From: Camelus dromedarius
Taxonomy: Eukaryota
NCBI RefSeq assembly: GCF_036321535.1
Contig: NC_087468.1
Location: 12,090,001 to 12,154,000, forward strand
Direction: 5' to 3'
Length of the DNA stretch: 64,000 nt
Below the pieces are notes generated by a model. That model had not been told where the DNA came from. It made no database searches and saw nothing but the letters and a program-made list of their open reading frames with translations. A program made the position numbers and the translations under genes. Each line of letters opens with the position of its first letter. Within the stretch, counting starts at the first letter, position 1. Positions 61,081 to 64,000 of the stretch are shown piece after piece.

Positions 61081-63087
61081 AATTCAATGGGACACCATCT
61101 CCAATCACTGTGTTATTGGAATTATTTTTTGGCAAAAACTAAAACTAAAAGGTGCTGTGATCAGTCCCTTCTTTCGCTGTTGCCATCCGGGTGATGCTTC
61201 CTGCAATGATGTTCTGGTACCAAATAAGGAGATACTGGTGATTGACAGGGTCGGGTGGGCAGGGGCCGGGGGAGGTGTGCACAAGGCTTCCCTGCTCACC
61301 ACCTACTGGAAACTAGGTGGCAGAGCTTTCAGAAATATACAGTGCAGGCTTCTGAAAAGCTCAGCCTTATTGTCATCTTTGTAATTCCTTGTATGGGTTT
61401 ATACAATGCTTTTTGCAAGAGAAATTGAAAAGACAGAGTAACTACAATTCTCTTCTTGAGATCTGAGATGTTTTTATTATTCCCTGGGCCTTCCTGACTC
61501 TGGTGGACGCCTGGCGCCTGGTGTAGTGCCGGCACAGAGCAGGCGTGTGGATGTCCCCCAGGGGAGTGAATCGCATGTGGCAGCGTCTGGTTTCAGTGGA
61601 CAAGAGCTTTGCCACAGCGACCATAGGACAAGTCACAGCACAATCGCAGCATTTTGAAATGAAAGTTTAAGAGTGAGGACAAATGGAGTTGATAAAATGA
61701 CCTGACGTTATGATGACACCGTTATTGGATCTGTGATTGTTTTATTGGCTTCAACACGATCCAGCAAAAGCTGAGAGGTTTGCCTATAGACTTTGTCAGG
61801 CTCGTTTGGCACTGTGCCCTGTTGGCTGAGTATGGTTGGGATGGATGGAGGGCATGGACAAAGGCAGGGTGGGGTTGTGGTCCTCGGACAACCATCGGTG
61901 GGGTGGTTAGACTGCGTCTGGGGAAGCTGTGCTGGTAGAAGATGAGCCTGCGTCCACAGTGTGCCTGTGTGCTTTGCTAGGTGTGTCCTCACTGACTCCC
62001 AGCCACATGACACGGCCAGGCTGTAAATTCTAGATGCCTTAGGAACTAAAAAGATCACGGAGCCCTTCTTTTAATTACAAATGGGAGCAGTATTAAAGCA
62101 TGACACGATGACTCAGAAGGTATCAGATATAAAATTTTTTTAAATGTGCTGTTTCCTCTTTCCCCTTGAATGACTGATGGATAGCCTCATTTCACTGGTG
62201 TCTGAAGCACAGGTTCACCTTGCCTGCTTGATAACCTAGCATGCTGTGCAAGTGTGTATGTGTGCACACATGCGTGTGTGTATGGTGCACACGTCTGTGT
62301 AAAATGTTACAGACATAAACATTAAGGTCAGAGCTGTCACAGAGGGAGGCTGCCAAGCCCAGTATCGTAGAGCATCAGCCTGTCCAGGGCAGAAGGGTGA
62401 CATCCTCGTGCCGGGCTCTTGCCATCTGCAGCTGCGGGACTCTGTGTAAGATTTGTCCGTGGGTGGTACCTGGGGACAGTCCCACACCACTTTTTGAGCT
62501 GCTCCGAGGAGGGCCCCCGTTCACCCCTCCACAGCTGTGTCAGAGCGAAATGCAGTGCTGTCCACAGGGCACAGGGTTTAAGGCAGGATGCACGGACACC
62601 TTTTCCAGCAGGGATGGTGGAGGGGATTTAGGTGGGCTGAAAATAACAGCCCGCCTGTGAATCTGACAGAAGCACCGGGGTGAGCGTTCCCTCCTTGTTG
62701 AGAATGTCCTTTTGAAATATATTCTAGGATATCGCTCCTTTCCTATTAACTATGTCAGAAACTTAGGAAAGCTGAATAATTAATGATCATAGGGTGCTTG
62801 GAACTATAAAATGCCATGTAAATGTTAAGGAGTAAAAAATACTCTGTGTATTAAATAGATACACAGCTTTAAAAATATCCCATGGTGGGAAGGTTAATTT
62901 CCAGGGGAGCTAAAAAGCTTTTTGTCGGACTCTCTTTGGAATTATTTTTAATATCTTAATATCTTAACTACATTTTAGGAGACTCAGGCATCCTGTCCTC
63001 TGAAGTATTTGAAGGACAGATGGCTGTTTGGAACAATGTTGCCTCTTGGATTTCAGTAAAATTGTATCTGCTTGATTCTGTCTCTAG

Positions 63088-63204
63088 CAGGAGGCAGTTT
63101 GGGCCCAAAGCCAAGGAAGAGGTCAGGATTATTGAGCACCAAACGCAAACCCTGCGGCTGATGCCTCACTTGGCCACAGCCTTGGCCCTGACCTTCGCCA
63201 GCAG
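63088..63204 (+). CDS. ACOXL: ACOXL internal coding exon (117 nt, symmetric phase 2-2)
   Basis: ttgattctgtctctag|C AGG AGG CAG TTT...AGC AG|gtgaga. With the upstream AG it reads [40 protein letters not shown], recognisable ACOXL sequence homologous to the ACOX1 'R-x-Q...QTQ..L.P.LA.A.A' segment. Confidence 0.95.
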
Positions 63205-63329
63205 GTGAGATGGCTCTGGGGGTTTGCCCTCTCAAGGTGAGTCTGAGGCTCTGGCGTCAGCAGGAGGGAGAGGGGTGGTGGGCAGGGGCGAGCACTGAAG
63301 AGCCTGTGGTTAGAATTCAGCACTCAAGT

Positions 63330-64000
63330 TAGAAGTGACGTCTGAATCTATGGGCAACTGTGTGCCAACCAATTAGATAACCTAGATAAAATGGAAAAGG
63401 GAGGAAAGTCCTAGAAAGATATAAACTACCCAAACTGAATGAAGACTAAATAGAAAATCCGAATAAACATATAACAACTAAAGAGACTCGATTTGTAACT
63501 TGAACGTGTCCAAAACATAGACGACAAGGAAATACTTCCCAATTGAGAACACTCAATACCAAAATGAGGCAAACTATAGACCAGTATCACTTATGGATAT
63601 AGATGTAAAAATCCTCAACAAAATGCAGGCAAACTGAAGCCAGAAAAATATAAAAAAGATTATATTACCAAGTGAGATTTATCCCAGGAACACAATTTTG
63701 GTCTAACATACAAAAACCAACCAATGTAACAACTGTATTAAATAGAATAAATGAAAAAAACCCCACATGATCATCTCTACAGATGTGGAGGAAACATTTG
63801 ACAAAATCTAACACCTTTTCATGATAAAAGACACTCAAAAGTCTGGGATTAGAAGGGAACCTCTTCTGTCTCATAAAAGGCATCTACGAAAAATCCACAG
63901 TTAACATCACACGTGGTGGGTGAAAGATGACTGCTTTCCTCCTAAGATCTGGAGCAAGACAAGGATGTCCGCGCTCTCCACATCTATTTAACATTGTGTT
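63330..64000 (+). mobile_element. Old L1 ORF2 fragment, running off the window end
   Basis: ttagataacctagataaaatgga...aaactatagaccagtatcacttatggatatagatgtaaaaatcctcaacaaaat...atttgacaaaatctaacacc...ctttcctcctaagatctggagcaagacaaggatgtcc; contains stops. Confidence 0.85.

Larger units (their letters stand above)
15642..63087 (+). other. ACOXL: ACOXL intron, 47,446 nt, GT-AG
   Basis: Begins gtaaag, ends tctctag. The flanking exons splice in frame to give ...IRYSHSRRQFG... Confidence 0.88.

Noticed and set aside
17719-62115. Scattered AP-1 (TGASTCA) and RBPJ (GTGGGAA) motifs
   Set aside because: Counts are about what 7-mers give by chance in 64 kb (~8 each).
63020-63208. ORF MAVWNN...TFASR as a stand-alone gene
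   Set aside because: Only 63088-63204 is exon; the N-terminal part is intronic read-through upstream of the acceptor.

Overview
Mammalian genomic DNA, almost certainly from a camelid (Camelus/Vicugna): it carries a tRNA-Ala-derived Vic-1-type SINE and young camelid-type L1 3' ends. The whole window lies inside the very large acyl-CoA oxidase-like gene ACOXL on the + strand. Only two coding exons are supported. One is a 35-nt exon at 15607-15641 (VGLTIAIRYSH). The other is a 117-nt exon at 63088-63204 ([39 protein letters not shown]). They are separated by a 47,446-nt GT-AG intron. The rest is intron: old L1/L2/MIR/MER/MaLR fragments, several lineage-specific insertions with readable target-site duplications, microsatellites, a 97-bp VNTR and five short N gaps. 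I found no novel protein-coding or CRISPR-like system; the other ORFs in the track are chance or repeat-derived. The most unexplained features are: a diverged ~290-bp inverted duplication (8426-8710 / 9690-9973) with a possible third copy; a 33-nt templated insertion preserving the pre-insertion state of a nearby L1 target site; an antisense ERV1 solo LTR with an octamer motif 113 nt after the micro-exon; a four-half-site nuclear-receptor DR0 array; a TAGCAG tandem acceptor; and candidate recursive-splice and enhancer motifs. Repeat subfamily names come from remembered consensus sequences and have approximate boundaries unless TSDs are given.
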